DNA of 64,000 nt from Ministeria vibrans ATCC 50519 (Eukaryota; Protista; Filasterea), in assembly GCA_943704425.1 (NCBI GenBank), contig CALSCP010001419.1, positions 1 to 64,000 of the forward strand, in the 5' to 3' direction. This document shows positions 35,798-48,467 of this stretch, in pieces; position 1 is the first letter of the stretch; every line of letters starts with the position of its first letter. Below the pieces are notes generated by a model. The model worked only from the letters and a program-made list of their open reading frames with translations, was not told the DNA's origin and made no database searches. The position numbers were made by a program, and so were the translations under genes.

Positions 35798-38700
35798 TCA
35801 GTATCTCTCAATCACAACAAGCGATGAGTCGACACACGCAAACTCACTCTCGCGCTCGAGCGCAGTGGTACACACGCGCACCATGCCCAAGGTAGTCTGC
35901 AACAGGAGATAGGGCACGCCCTGCAAAGCACACAAGTGAACGTGCGCGACGTCCCGAAGCACAGAGGGTGTGTCGAGGGTGGAAGCAGAGCGTACACCTT
36001 CAGGCACTGCAAGCGTCACCGTTTGGCGCTCTTCACGTTCTGCATTGACAAACAGCAGCTCGTACACGTGATCGGCGGTTGTCAAGGAGGAGGAGGGTGG
36101 CAACGACGACAACGACGTCGTGGTGCTCTTGGCGGACCAGGCAGTGAGATCAGTATAGCCCGATGGGAGCGAGTTGTACGCCGTCTCGGGCGGACCGACC
36201 GATGTAAGCACTGCGCCGTTCTTGGACCAGCTGAGGGTGAAAACGACAAGGTCCCCGTCGATTCCGTTGTAGCCAAGCACGTGAAGGTGAGAGGGAGCCG
36301 TGACTGACGAGAGTCGGGCACTGCCAGTCGACGCCACACGCACGCACCGACATTCAAGAGTAGCACGGTCGTCTGACGGCAGACCGTCGCCCGTAAAGTG
36401 GGCCAAGTCCAGCGCGTGCATCTCGCCTGTGGCACTGTTGTAGAGCAGTGCGCAGTCGCGTGGAGGCCAGGCATTGTGGCCAGTCGGATGCGACACGGTG
36501 ATCAAGTGAGTCGCACCGCGCGGACACTCGACCGGCGCCCCAAGCGACGTGGCACAAACAACGTTGCGTAGAGAACAAATGGACTCGGCGAGGACAAGCT
36601 GCACTGAGCCAGTGGTGCGCTCGTACGCAAGGAATCCATCGCGGACAGGCGTAAACAGCCACAGCAGTGCTGATGGACTGTTGCCCGGACGATTTCTACC
36701 CAGACCCGTCTGTAGCGACTGACCGCGATCGGGCGCTCGTCTGGGCCGTACAACTTTTAGAAGACACGCGAGTGACGCGTCCGCCGACAGCGCGACCACA
36801 AGCGACGAGCGTACCCCGGAGAGTAAAGGACGGCCGCGCGTGCCACGGACCGGAAGCGCATCAGCGACGTCGACATAACGCACAAGTTGTGGGGCGTCCA
36901 AGTCAAGCTCAGTCATCAGCGTCTGAGTCAGCGTGCGCAGCTCGTTGCCCACACGAAGAAGCTCCTCGCGTTGCTCAAGTGTTGTTGGTGGTGCATGCTG
37001 GTAGGCAAGACGCACGTGAAGTGAATTCGCTGGCGGCAACACAGCGTGTGCTCGACCGCAAGCGGCGAGAGCTGCGGCAGTCCAAGCCGCGAGCGCCGAG
37101 CCCACCCGACGGGAGACACACTCGAGGGGAACGCTCTCAAGATTGTCGCTGGTGGCAGCCGTTGGCTGCGAAGCTTTGACCCGAAACGACGTCCAACTGG
37201 CACTCTGACACTGCAGTGCACAGCGCGAGACGAGACTCGAGCACAGCTGCGTCCACGTTGCCATGCCGGTCATGGCCGCCGGAATGCCATCAAAGAGCCG
37301 CAGCAAATCCACGTGGAACGACGATGGAGGTGGCAGCCAAAACAGCAAGCCTACGCGGCTCTCGCGTATCACATTTTGCATCTGACACAGGACTGAAACA
37401 AAAATAACGTCAAAATAATAACGAACGATGATCAAAAAATGAATTGAAATTATTATCGATTGATTACCGTCAAAGACACGAGACGCAGGTGAAATAGTAC
37501 AGGTGAAGCTAACGCCCTCGTAGCGAGCAACAGCTCCGCGAGCATTAAAGCGCGAGGAAGGGAAGGGAGCATGAGGCCAGCGGAGGCCAGCGGCAAGGGT
37601 GTCGGCGGCAAGGTGTGACAGAAGCACTTTTTCGGTGGCCAGCAAAGCCGAGAGTTTAGTAGTGCAATTGGAAGATAGATTGTCGTCGTCGTCGTCGTCG
37701 TCAAGCTGACGATGTTGTACACTCTCAAACTGCAGTGTGTAGCCGGCGGTGCTGCCAAGTGTGGCAAGGCACGCCTGGCGCACGCGTTCGAGCATGTGGT
37801 CAGGAGCGACGACTAGAAGATTATTCACAGGTGTGCCACGCAGAAGAAGACGCACTGCCATGAGAGTTTGCAGGAGGGTACGAGACGGGGCCGGTAACAG
37901 GCACATGGTGTGATCAATGCCGTGGCTATGGACAATTTGTTGCAGACTTGCTTGCTCCAGTGCGTCCGTCAGCACCAACACGGACGCAGCGCCGTTGAGA
38001 GTTGCACCCGCATCGCCACACGACCGCACATAGCCACACGCATGTTCCACAAGTCTATTCCACTCAGCTCGACGTGTGTCCGACGATGATGAAGAAGACG
38101 ACGACGGCAATGATACTACTGGCGGACCAATGACAACCGTTGCAAGAGGATTGCGCAAAAGCATTTCGCCATTGGCAATTTGTGGGATGCCTAAAAGGCG
38201 ACGCAAAAATCCACTGTGACTAATCACAATCACAAGCGCTGCACCACTCAAGTGACCGTCGCCTGAGCTGTCAAGCCACTAAAAAGAATAGAATATAATT
38301 TAAAGTGAGTCGCAATGACGATGTCATCCATTGTACAAAAGGGGATAAAAGAGAGAATAATGCGTCGACGTACTCTTCTGAAACATCGAGCGCGCTCAGC
38401 AATGTTTGCCTCTGACTCACGTTCGACGCGGGATATGGTCCCATTGGCAAGGGCGCCTTTTGGACGGAAAGGACAGCCGTCGACGCACCAGGCGTCGTCG
38501 GCGACGAGAGGCTCCTCGTCGGCACTCATGTCAACAAAGGCATCGTTCAAGAACCAGTGGTTGGCGACAAGCGAGAAGGACACGCGAGGGAATTCGGCTT
38601 GCAGGAGGGACGCACGTCGGCCGACGTCGCAGTCGGCATGGACCACTTCGGCCAGCAGGGGCTGCGCTACGATGCGAATCCCGCGCGGCAGTGCCATCGC

Positions 38701-38992
38701 CGTTGCAAGACAGCGCGTCAGAGGCGACGTGACCGCTACGCGAAACGCTGTCAGCAACAGAAACAGGCAGTCAACGCATGCATATACCTACGACCCGGTC
38801 CAGGCCGGTCGCGAGGAATCCGGCGCTGTCGAGGAAGCGTTGAAAGTCTTGTGACAAGTTGGCGAGCTGTGAATGGCCCTGCGTCGAAAGTGGTGCGTCC
38901 CGCAGCCCGTGGGTGTTGCTCCCCTTGCTTGCCGCCGCATTGTGCTCGCTTTCTACGTGTCTAACATATGCGACGACGGGCGCCTGGAGCAT
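35798..38992 (-). CDS. Multidomain fusion: histidine phosphatase (PGAM-like) + DUF218-like + DUF1868-type 2H phosphoesterase + probable beta-propeller
   Basis: YVRHVESEHN, DAPLS..G..Q, SPLTRC..TA and VISHSG (His phosphatase); SRTLLQT..LLVVAPDHMLER (DUF218-like); RFNARG..YEGVSF, LPPPSSFHV and LHVRLAY (2H); beta-rich C-terminus. Three short introns. Confidence 0.65.
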
Positions 38993-39214
38993 CAGACACT
39001 GATTTATATTTTTGATCTTTTATCAACTTGATTAGAAAAGGATTGTTTTATAGTTTATATACACCTGTAAAATAATATGACTAATGTAAACCGAGACTAC
39101 TCTAGAGTTCTATATTGTCCCATTCCCACTTCCAAGCAAATGGTGGTACATTTAGTATTATTGTGGTCACTATAATAATAAAAATATAATAATAATTGTG
39201 TTTGTTTTGTTTGT

Positions 39215-42200
39215 TTATGTGCTCCCTCCTCGCATACGCAGCACAAGCATGACACACCGACTTTTGGCATCGGTACTCCCTTCAACAATACCGTAGACGT
39301 CCAAGGCGACATTCTCCACAAGATGCTTTCCGTTGAAGACTAGACGCTGATCTTTGCAGGGGATGCCTTCCCGGTCAGAGATGAGACTCTGGAGGTGCGC
39401 CACCGTCTTGCCAGGCTCGCAGACGACAGTAATCGTTTTTCCGGTTAGTGTTCGGATGGAAACAGGAAAGCCACCGCGTTGGAGGGCAGCCGCAGCCTGC
39501 CGCTGGCGCTCGGCCTCTTCGTAGGCGAGAGCATCCTCATAGAGGCTCGCCAGACGACGACGATTGGCGCCCGTGGCGGATGTCTGTGCGTAGCTGTGCG
39601 CCAACCAGTGGTCAAACCAGGCAAGGGCGGCGTCGGGCAGCTCACGACGGATGTATCGGTGACTCTGGACGACAACAGTGGCCGTGTCGTGTGGGGCAGG
39701 GCGATCGAAAATGTGCACCAGGATAGCAATGAGACAGGCTTCGCTGCGATGCTGAATGGCCATATCGATCCAACCAACGTTGAGCGACGCATACGACGTG
39801 TTAGCAACACCACGGTCGAGCAGCAGCCGCACCATGTCGGGCGCATCGTTGGCAATGGCCATGTGTATGCAGTGCAAGTAGGCCCACGAGAGTTGGCCAG
39901 GTCCGACCACCTCCTTGTGTACGCGCTCGTACTCGGCTCCGCCTGGTATCTCGCTGAGACGCTCTCGTGTGCCACTCAAACTTGGATCCGAAAGAGCAGC
40001 GTCGTCGAGCTTGAGCGACTGGGCGCCAAACGCAGTGCCACACGAGGCGACGCGATTGTCACGACAGCCTGCATTGATGAGCAGCCGCACTGCCTCTATG
40101 TTGCCCACTTGCGTCGCCAGGAACAGCTCAGTGCGTTGCGTCGCGCTCCCCTCGGCAAAGGTAGTGAGCGACGCATTGGCAGCCGAGGCGGCCTCAACGA
40201 GCGCACGCACCATGGCAGTCGTGCCACGCAGACACGCCAGGTGGGTGAGCCCAAATGCTTCGGGGCGTGAGTCAGCCCAGACGGTCGAGACGGTGACGCC
40301 GTAGCGGGGACGATACGGTGGCTGCGTCTTGCCAAAAAGCTCCTCGGGTGGTGTAGCTCGCACAAGGGCCACAAAGGTCTCTTCGTTGATGGGCGTGTCG
40401 GGTGAAAGCATGTCAAAAAGACGCACAACCGAGTCGGGCACCTCACTGGCGGTAGCGCCCTGAGGCGCGTCAACAAGAGTCGTACTGAATGCTTTGGAGA
40501 GGTGGCGCACGGCGACAGCCAGACATTCAATGCCAACGCCAAGACTGCCACGCTCGAGGACCGTCGGAAGCGCATCCAGAGCAAACTTTCCTAAGGCCTC
40601 GTTAAGACGCTGGAGGTCGGCTGACGCCGCCGGATTGTGCGCGACCGAGTCGTGGTCCTGGACGCCGAGTGAGGCCAAATAGGTGCTCATGCGGATGGTG
40701 TCGCTGACGGAGAGATCGCGCGATTTTTCGCGTAGAATGGTGCGCAGTGCAGCTACAAAGGTCGCCTGGAACTGCTCGGGATGGTCGGTGGACGCGCGAA
40801 GGTGGCGACTTGTGTTCTCGTGCATCCACACGTCGCCATTGAGAGAGCGCTGGACAAAGGCGCAGCGGGCGGCGAGGGTGCAGCACGAATCGACGGATGT
40901 GGTCGACGTCCAGCCAAGGTGCACAAGCACGGCCGTGTAGATGTCGCAGGGAATGCGGCACTGTGCCGGAAAGCACGCGAGTACTTGAAGAAACTTGACG
41001 GTGCGGGTGCGCGAGTGCTGCGACAGCTCCTCGAGTGCTTTTGAGAGCAGGTAGGTGTCGTTGTCTCGGCCATCTTCTCCGTGTGCCTCCTCATCCTCTT
41101 CCGTCGTGGCAAATCCCACGAGCGCTTCGAGAGGGTTGGTCGCGTGAGCACATGTGGCGGCGACCACGGAGAGAAGAAGTAGGTTGTGCTGGGTTCGAGT
41201 GGACACTTGTAGTGCAACGGAAGGGGACAGGTCGCAGGGGCAAGCGGCGCTCAGGAAGGCGGGCGCGAAGGCAGGGTCGACTGTGGCAAAGTCTACAAGG
41301 ATGGGAGTGGGGCGGATGTCGCAAAGGTGGGCAAGGGAGCGCGTCGTGATTAAGAGAACAAGATTTGAGGGCAAGGCAAGGAAGGGAGCAAGCTGGGCGG
41401 CCGAGGAGACGTTGTCAAGGACGACGAGGCGACACAATGACGACAAGGACGAGGTGGAGGTGGAAGAATTAGAAGAAGAAGAGGATGAGGGGCAAGCATA
41501 GCTGGCAAGCGCCTTCTGTAGCGCCTCGGGGGTGGTGAGGTCGGCGACCGATCGGACATCACGGCCCGTGAGAGTGGCAAGTAACTGTTGTGCTTGGGCG
41601 ATTCCGGTTGTATCGCTCAGAGCAAACTCAAGCCACACTGGTGTGTGTGTATTCTCATGATGGTTTGCGTCGATGGAAGATGAGAATCGTTCCAGAAGCC
41701 GTGCAGTGGGTAGATCCGATGTCGAGAGGTCGGAGGCAAAGCGCTCACTGTGCGGTGCAGTGCGGGCGACGAGGCGGGCCAGCAGCGCTGCGGCAGTGCT
41801 CTTGCCCGATCCTCCAGGACCTACAAGGGCGATACAAGAGGCAGTGCTCACGACAAGCGCATTTGCAGCCGCCACGAGCGGACGGTGTTGAAGTAGTAGT
41901 ACAGTAGGAAGGGTCTTGGCGGAGCGTTGAAAGAGCCAATTGGCGCGCGCGCGACCATGTTGCGCCGACTCGTTGATCGATGATAGCTCCAAAATTTCCG
42001 TCCGTAGCAGATCAATGTCGTCTTGGCTTTGAGCTGTCGCTGTGCGACCGTCGCCTTGCGCCATACTGCGAATCCAATCGACAACGAAAACACCACAATC
42101 GTTGCCGGTGGTCTGACGGAGGGAGACAGGCGCCGCGACCAACGGGACGTCACGGCCACTGTACCAGTTGGCGGGCGGTGTGCCCTCGACCGACTCGATG

Positions 42201-43060
42201 ACTGCCGCAAGACCCACAAGAAGCTGTTGAGCCACTTGATGGCATCGGGGTGCACTGGGTGGAGGCAGCGAGTCGAAGAGGACGGCACGCCAGCACTTTG
42301 AGTCGGCAGTGTCGCGACTGACACGCAGCAGCGTCCAATGTTGATTGTCAATGTTGAGAGGAAGCAGCACACTTGTGGTGACGCCGCGCTTGAAGAAGTC
42401 GCGAGTGGCATTCACCTGTGCAGCAAGAGTCAGACCGGGCGCCATGGCTGGGTTGGTGGCGAGCACAGCGACCGTGGCAGGCTCCACAATTGCACAATTT
42501 CGACCTCGCGTTGAAGATGGCACGAAATGCTGCAGGGCCAACACAATCATGTCGTCGGTAAGCCAGACGCTATTGTTCTGACTCGAGGGGGGCTGTGGTG
42601 GGGCATATTCAAGGCTATGGAGACGAGCGGCGCGCGTGGCCATGGCGTCGACACACGATGCCAAGTTCACGTCGCGACTGAGCTGCACAGCACAGCTCAT
42701 GAGGTGTTCGTAGGCGGGATCACAACCAAGAGTATCACGCGAGCAATTGAAGAGAAACAGCAGCGGCAGCGCTTGCGAGCGAGCCAGTCGTGCGGCAAAA
42801 TCCCGTTGGGTCGACGGGTCGGATACAATGAGAATGGCGAGACGAGTCGAGTCGATGATAGATTCGGGTGCCTCTGCCTTGTTTTCAGCAAACGCATTGA
42901 GGTACACACTGAGGCCATGCTGTTCGGTGAGACTTGTGTAGAGGAGCTGGGCAAGGAGTGGGTGGGCGTGGAAGATGGCGCAGTCGTAACGCTTGCGATA
43001 CAGCCGCCCTGAAACAGCCTCAGACGAGGACGATTGCACCGCCGACGTGGGAGTTGACAT
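39215..43060 (-). CDS. NLR/STAND-like protein: TIR-like + Ulp1/C48 protease + NB-ARC-like NTPase + ankyrin repeats + C-terminal ubiquitin domain
   Basis: Intronless, 1281 aa. YDCAIFH...GLSVYL...IIDSTRLAILIVS (TIR-like); WLTDDMI, PLNIDNQHWTLL, FDSL, QTTGNDCGVFV (C48); GPGGSGKST, LVVLDNV, LLITTR (STAND); THLACLRG, LFLATQVGNIEAVRLLINAG, IHMAIANDAPDMVRLLLDRG (ankyrin); TLTGKTI...EGIP..QRLVFNGK...LVLRMRGG (ubiquitin). Confidence 0.88.
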   Translation of the reverse strand: MSTPTSAVQSSSSEAVSGRLYRKRYDCAIFHAHPLLAQLLYTSLTEQHGLSVYLNAFAENKAEAPESIIDSTRLAILIVSDPSTQRDFAARLARSQALPLLFLFNCSRDTLGCDPAYEHLMSCAVQLSRDVNLASCVDAMATRAARLHSLEYAPPQPPSSQNNSVWLTDDMIVLALQHFVPSSTRGRNCAIVEPATVAVLATNPAMAPGLTLAAQVNATRDFFKRGVTTSVLLPLNIDNQHWTLLRVSRDTADSKCWRAVLFDSLPPPSAPRCHQVAQQLLVGLAAVIESVEGTPPANWYSGRDVPLVAAPVSLRQTTGNDCGVFVVDWIRSMAQGDGRTATAQSQDDIDLLRTEILELSSINESAQHGRARANWLFQRSAKTLPTVLLLQHRPLVAAANALVVSTASCIALVGPGGSGKSTAAALLARLVARTAPHSERFASDLSTSDLPTARLLERFSSSIDANHHENTHTPVWLEFALSDTTGIAQAQQLLATLTGRDVRSVADLTTPEALQKALASYACPSSSSSSNSSTSTSSLSSLCRLVVLDNVSSAAQLAPFLALPSNLVLLITTRSLAHLCDIRPTPILVDFATVDPAFAPAFLSAACPCDLSPSVALQVSTRTQHNLLLLSVVAATCAHATNPLEALVGFATTEEDEEAHGEDGRDNDTYLLSKALEELSQHSRTRTVKFLQVLACFPAQCRIPCDIYTAVLVHLGWTSTTSVDSCCTLAARCAFVQRSLNGDVWMHENTSRHLRASTDHPEQFQATFVAALRTILREKSRDLSVSDTIRMSTYLASLGVQDHDSVAHNPAASADLQRLNEALGKFALDALPTVLERGSLGVGIECLAVAVRHLSKAFSTTLVDAPQGATASEVPDSVVRLFDMLSPDTPINEETFVALVRATPPEELFGKTQPPYRPRYGVTVSTVWADSRPEAFGLTHLACLRGTTAMVRALVEAASAANASLTTFAEGSATQRTELFLATQVGNIEAVRLLINAGCRDNRVASCGTAFGAQSLKLDDAALSDPSLSGTRERLSEIPGGAEYERVHKEVVGPGQLSWAYLHCIHMAIANDAPDMVRLLLDRGVANTSYASLNVGWIDMAIQHRSEACLIAILVHIFDRPAPHDTATVVVQSHRYIRRELPDAALAWFDHWLAHSYAQTSATGANRRRLASLYEDALAYEEAERQRQAAAALQRGGFPVSIRTLTGKTITVVCEPGKTVAHLQSLISDREGIPCKDQRLVFNGKHLVENVALDVYGIVEGSTDAKSRCVMLVLRMRGGST

Positions 43061-43153
43061 GAGAAAGTAGTAAGAGGGAAAGTGAACAGAAAATATTAAT
43101 AATTATTATTCTTTTTTTTACTTTACAATCTTAATGACGTTGTTAAAAATTAT

Positions 43154-44321
43154 TCACATTTTTCCGTCGGTCGGACCGACCACGAGCGGGCCGTCGTCGT
43201 CGTCACCTTCACCCTCCTCGAAAAACGCCCATTCGCATGTGTCGCACAAATGCGTGCGTAGCCCATGAGCTCGCCACACTAGCTCGCGTGACTCCCTATC
43301 GTTTCGGAGATCGTCGACCGACGAGAAGAAACGCTAATAAGGTGGAAAATCAATATTATCTCTTTCAACAATAATGATACAAATTTTTTTTAAAAAAAAA
43401 AATAAGTTAATATGTATAGGTACCTGAAGGGCCTGCACCAAAAAGTTATTGCCGGGCTCGACAAGATCGACAAAAAAGTCGGCGGGCACTTCGCGAATCT
43501 GATGGGAGAGCACATCGACAAAGTCGACAAAGAGATCGCGATGGAGTTGAAGCGCACGCTCACTGAAGCAGAGAAGACGCACCAGACGCTTCCATTGTTC
43601 AAACGCCGTCAGAGAATGTCCGAGCAAGAAGCACAGATAGGCGTATTCGAGTTCGCCAAGAATCTCCATGGCATCTACACATCCAAAACCACATTATTAG
43701 TGCTCTTCGCACAACTTTTCTTTTTAAGCGTGTGCCTGTCATTGATTGGAGCATGATGCCGAGCGAATACGAGTGATCTAGGCTGTGCCGGGTGATTTCG
43801 GCGGGAGTGGCACCCGGCGGGTAGCATGGCGATGGAAACGGCGTGAAGCGCAGAGCTTGGTCGTCGCTCGGATTGATCTTGCCGTCGGTAGGCTCAAGCC
43901 GACGCCACAGCGACTCAGTAATGTGGCCTGAAAGCGAAACCCAGCGCGCGAGCTCCCCGCCGTGTGGGTAGGGGCCCAGGAAGGGATCAAGGCCGCGGTG
44001 GTCGTCGCGACAGCGTTGGATTTCGTCGACGTCTTGTGAACGTTCCACATCCTCAGTCTGCGCGTCCCAGCGTAGCACCACCGTCTCGGCGGGCGACATC
44101 CACAGGAACATTCCGGTGCGGGGTCCCTGGCCGCGTCCCTCCTTGCCAACGGGCGCCCAGTGCACAAAATGCAAATGTTTCGGAAGAAACTTGACACCTC
44201 GAAAGCGCTCGCCGACCGTCCACGAGTTCATGTCGACGCCAACCTGGGTGCCTGGTGGCACATTGAGCACAACAATGCGGCCGCCAATCTCGAACCATCG
44301 TTGCGCCTCCTCCTGGTTCAT
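43154..44321 (-). CDS. AAR2: U5 snRNP assembly factor AAR2
   Basis: NVPPGTQVGVDMNSWTVGERFRGVKFLP..HFVH, LDPFLGPYP, EITRHSLDHSY, ILGELEYAYLCFLLGHS..AFEQWK. Confidence 0.93.
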
Positions 44322-44396
44322 CTCATAAAATGTCTGATCACCGATCACTGATGAGTGAAACGTTATAATTTGCGTTATTCAATCATTCTACTCAAC

Positions 44397-45604
44397 ATGT
44401 TCCGCAAGCCGTTTCGTGTCAAGTCGGACAACCTTGTCAAATCGTCGGATATTCGTCGATTACGAGCGGACATGCAACGAGCCTTTCCAGCGCTGAGCGA
44501 CGCAGACGTCGACCACATCGTCCCTGCCAAAGCGCCGCTTCACCTGCAACGCCTGCAGTTGCACGGTGGCGCCGTGTGCAACGTCTACTTCATCGATGGT
44601 GTTCCCGTTCTTTTTGAAGGCGCAGACAAGTCTAAGCGGCTCTATCCGTCCGGTAAGGCCACCGTTTCATCTCGACCGCTCGTTTCGTCTCACACCGCCA
44701 CACATTCGCCAGTCTACACACAATGGCGTGTGCCACACATTGTACCTGCCTGGACCACATCTGAAAATGCCCTTGCGCACATCGGACAGGGAGCAGGTGC
44801 GTGGAATGGTCCACCGTACGAGTGTGTTTGGCTGACTTGTCCGTTTGTTTCAGATCTTTTCTTGCCTGGCGTGCAACAGCAGTCGAACCTGGGCGAGTTT
44901 GGCGTGGGAGAAGTACGTGCCGTGTGTGTTGCAGGTAGCGGCGCTGCGTCGGCCGTCGGCGTGACAGCTGTGACAAGTGACGACGTTTCCGCCATGGGAG
45001 ATAACGTACAAGGAAAAGGCGTACACATCCTGCACACGGTCGGCGACGAGCTGTGGAGTGCCGGTCCTAAAACAAAGCTGCCCGCAATTGCATCTGCTTC
45101 ACCAACTAGAAATGACAGCAGTGTAGAAGGGTGCGGTGACGATGCCATCAAAGCGGGAGTCGCATCGACAAGCGAGCGGCAGCAGGAAGCGCAGAACGAC
45201 GAGGCAAATGAAGCGGAGGGGGAAGAAGGAGAGGAGGATGATTTTGACATGGACTCGTATGCGGAACAGTGTCTCTTTCAAGCGCTGCGCACGACGGTGA
45301 AAGACCGTGAGCTGCCAATGCTGGTGAGCACGTTGTTTGCCGAGCATGTTTTGAAGAGCCGCAGGGAAGGCGCGCCGGTGCTGGCCATCAAGCGTACGCG
45401 CTTCAAGAAGGTCTCAAGGTTCCTGGAGGCCATGGAAGAGGAAGGTATTGTAACACTCAAGGTGGAGCCCAATGGTGTGGCGTTTCTGGAGACGGTGGAA
45501 AGGGCGCATCCGCGACTGCGTTCGGCAGTGCTCACCAAGGACACGGTGGCACTGGCCGAGGCAGAGGAGCGACAGCGCACGCTCAACAGAGGTAATATTA
45601 ATTT

Positions 45605-45635
<31 letters not shown>

Positions 45636-45672
45636 TAATAATAATAATAATAATAATAACAATAATAATAAC

Positions 45673-45707
<35 letters not shown>

Positions 45708-45715
45708 TAATAATG

Positions 45716-45810
<95 letters not shown>

Positions 45811-46550
45811 GAACAATAATAATAATAATAGAAAAATAATAAAAATAATACAGTTGGGCATTGGCATGTAAAAATAGTTTTGTGTGTGTGTGACAGATTT
45901 TCTCATATCCTTCGCGTTCGTGTGTTTAGAGATGGCGAGTTATCGGAGTGTGTACCAGGCGAACAAGACCCACACTCAACTGTTTAGTGTCTGGGCCGAG
46001 TCTAAAGGCATTGAGTTTGATCGACANNNNNNNNGTTCGTGTGTTTAGAGATGGCGAGTTATCGGAGTGTGTACCAGGCGAACAAGACCCACACTCAACT
46101 GTTTAGTGTCTGGGCCGAGTCTAAAGGCATTGAGTTTGATCGACACAAAACGTATTTAATCCCAAGTCAAGTCAGGTCAGTCGAATACCGTCACACACAC
46201 CAAGTACACTAAGCACACACATTCATCCATCCATCTATACATCCATCCATCTATATAATGCACACTAATTATGCATACACATACACATCCATGTACACAC
46301 ACTAATAACATTTATGCACACGTACACATACATACACACACACGTGAGGTAGAATAACTGACTGTTTTGGAAATGTGAAGGGAAGCGGTGGATGTGTATG
46401 TGCGACTGAACGGACTGGGGAGTGGGCGGAAAGTGACGCTCGATACGGTGTTGGCTGATGTAACGCAGAGCGATGAGTCGACGCTCAATCGCGATGACAT
46501 CTCTCGCTGGTAAGGACAATATATTCAACTGCACACAGTGTTTGTAATGC

Positions 46551-46582
<32 letters not shown>

Positions 46583-46969
46583 TCGTGTGTGTGTGTGGCG
46601 TGTTAATATAGCGTGCTTGGGAAGATGGACGCGTACTGCTTTGTGCGACTGGCGGGGGCAGAGCGGGAGACGCGGATGCGAGGCAAGGAGCCACGGAAGG
46701 TGACGGTGACGCTGAAGACGGTGATGGGGCGCAAGACGGTGACGGCTATTGCGAATGTGCAGGCGTACGGGATAGAAGAAGGGACGCTGGCCAAGGAGCT
46801 GGCGCAGGCGGCAGCATCGAGTGCGACGGTGGAGACAAGCAGTGGCGTGACGGAGGTGCTGGTGCAAGGCCCTGCGAGTGGTATTGTCGTGCGCCACTTG
46901 CGTGACCGCTATGCCTTGCCCGAGGCCTTTGTCGAGGTTCTCGATCGCACAAAGAAGAAGAAGAAGTGA
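44397..46969 (+). CDS. EIF2D: Translation initiation factor eIF2D/ligatin (pre-PUA/PUA ... SUI1)
   Basis: MFRKPFRVKS....KSSD.RRLR, GA|DLFLPGV, GKGVHILHTVGDELW, IKRTRFKKVSRFL, and SUI1 motif GRKTVT...EVLVQG. Confidence 0.9.
45606..45830. repeat. (AAT)n microsatellite in an eIF2D intron
   Basis: Direct observation; accounts for the spurious poly-N and poly-I ORFs. Confidence 0.98.
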
Positions 46970-47013
46970 AAAGAAAAACAGTACCGACACAACGGTGATT
47001 GGATCATCGCTTT

Positions 47014-48295
<1,282 letters not shown>

Positions 48296-48467
48296 TGAAA
48301 AGAAAATGTTTGAAAAATGAAAGAGTTAAACGAATCAAATAATTTTCGTCGAATTGAATATTGATCTCCATTTGCAACGGGTGTCGGCGCGTCGCCTATT
48401 CCGCGATTCTGCTTAAGACACTGATTGCTTATTAGATAGTACGCTGTCCCCGTCAACAGCACACGCA

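Noticed and set aside
45472-45906. Poly-Asn and poly-Ile ORFs
   Set aside because: Translations of the intronic (AAT)n microsatellite.
45916-46145. Apparent tandem duplication of an eIF2D exon
   Set aside because: The two copies are identical and separated by an N run (46027-46034), so this is most likely an unmerged contig overlap.
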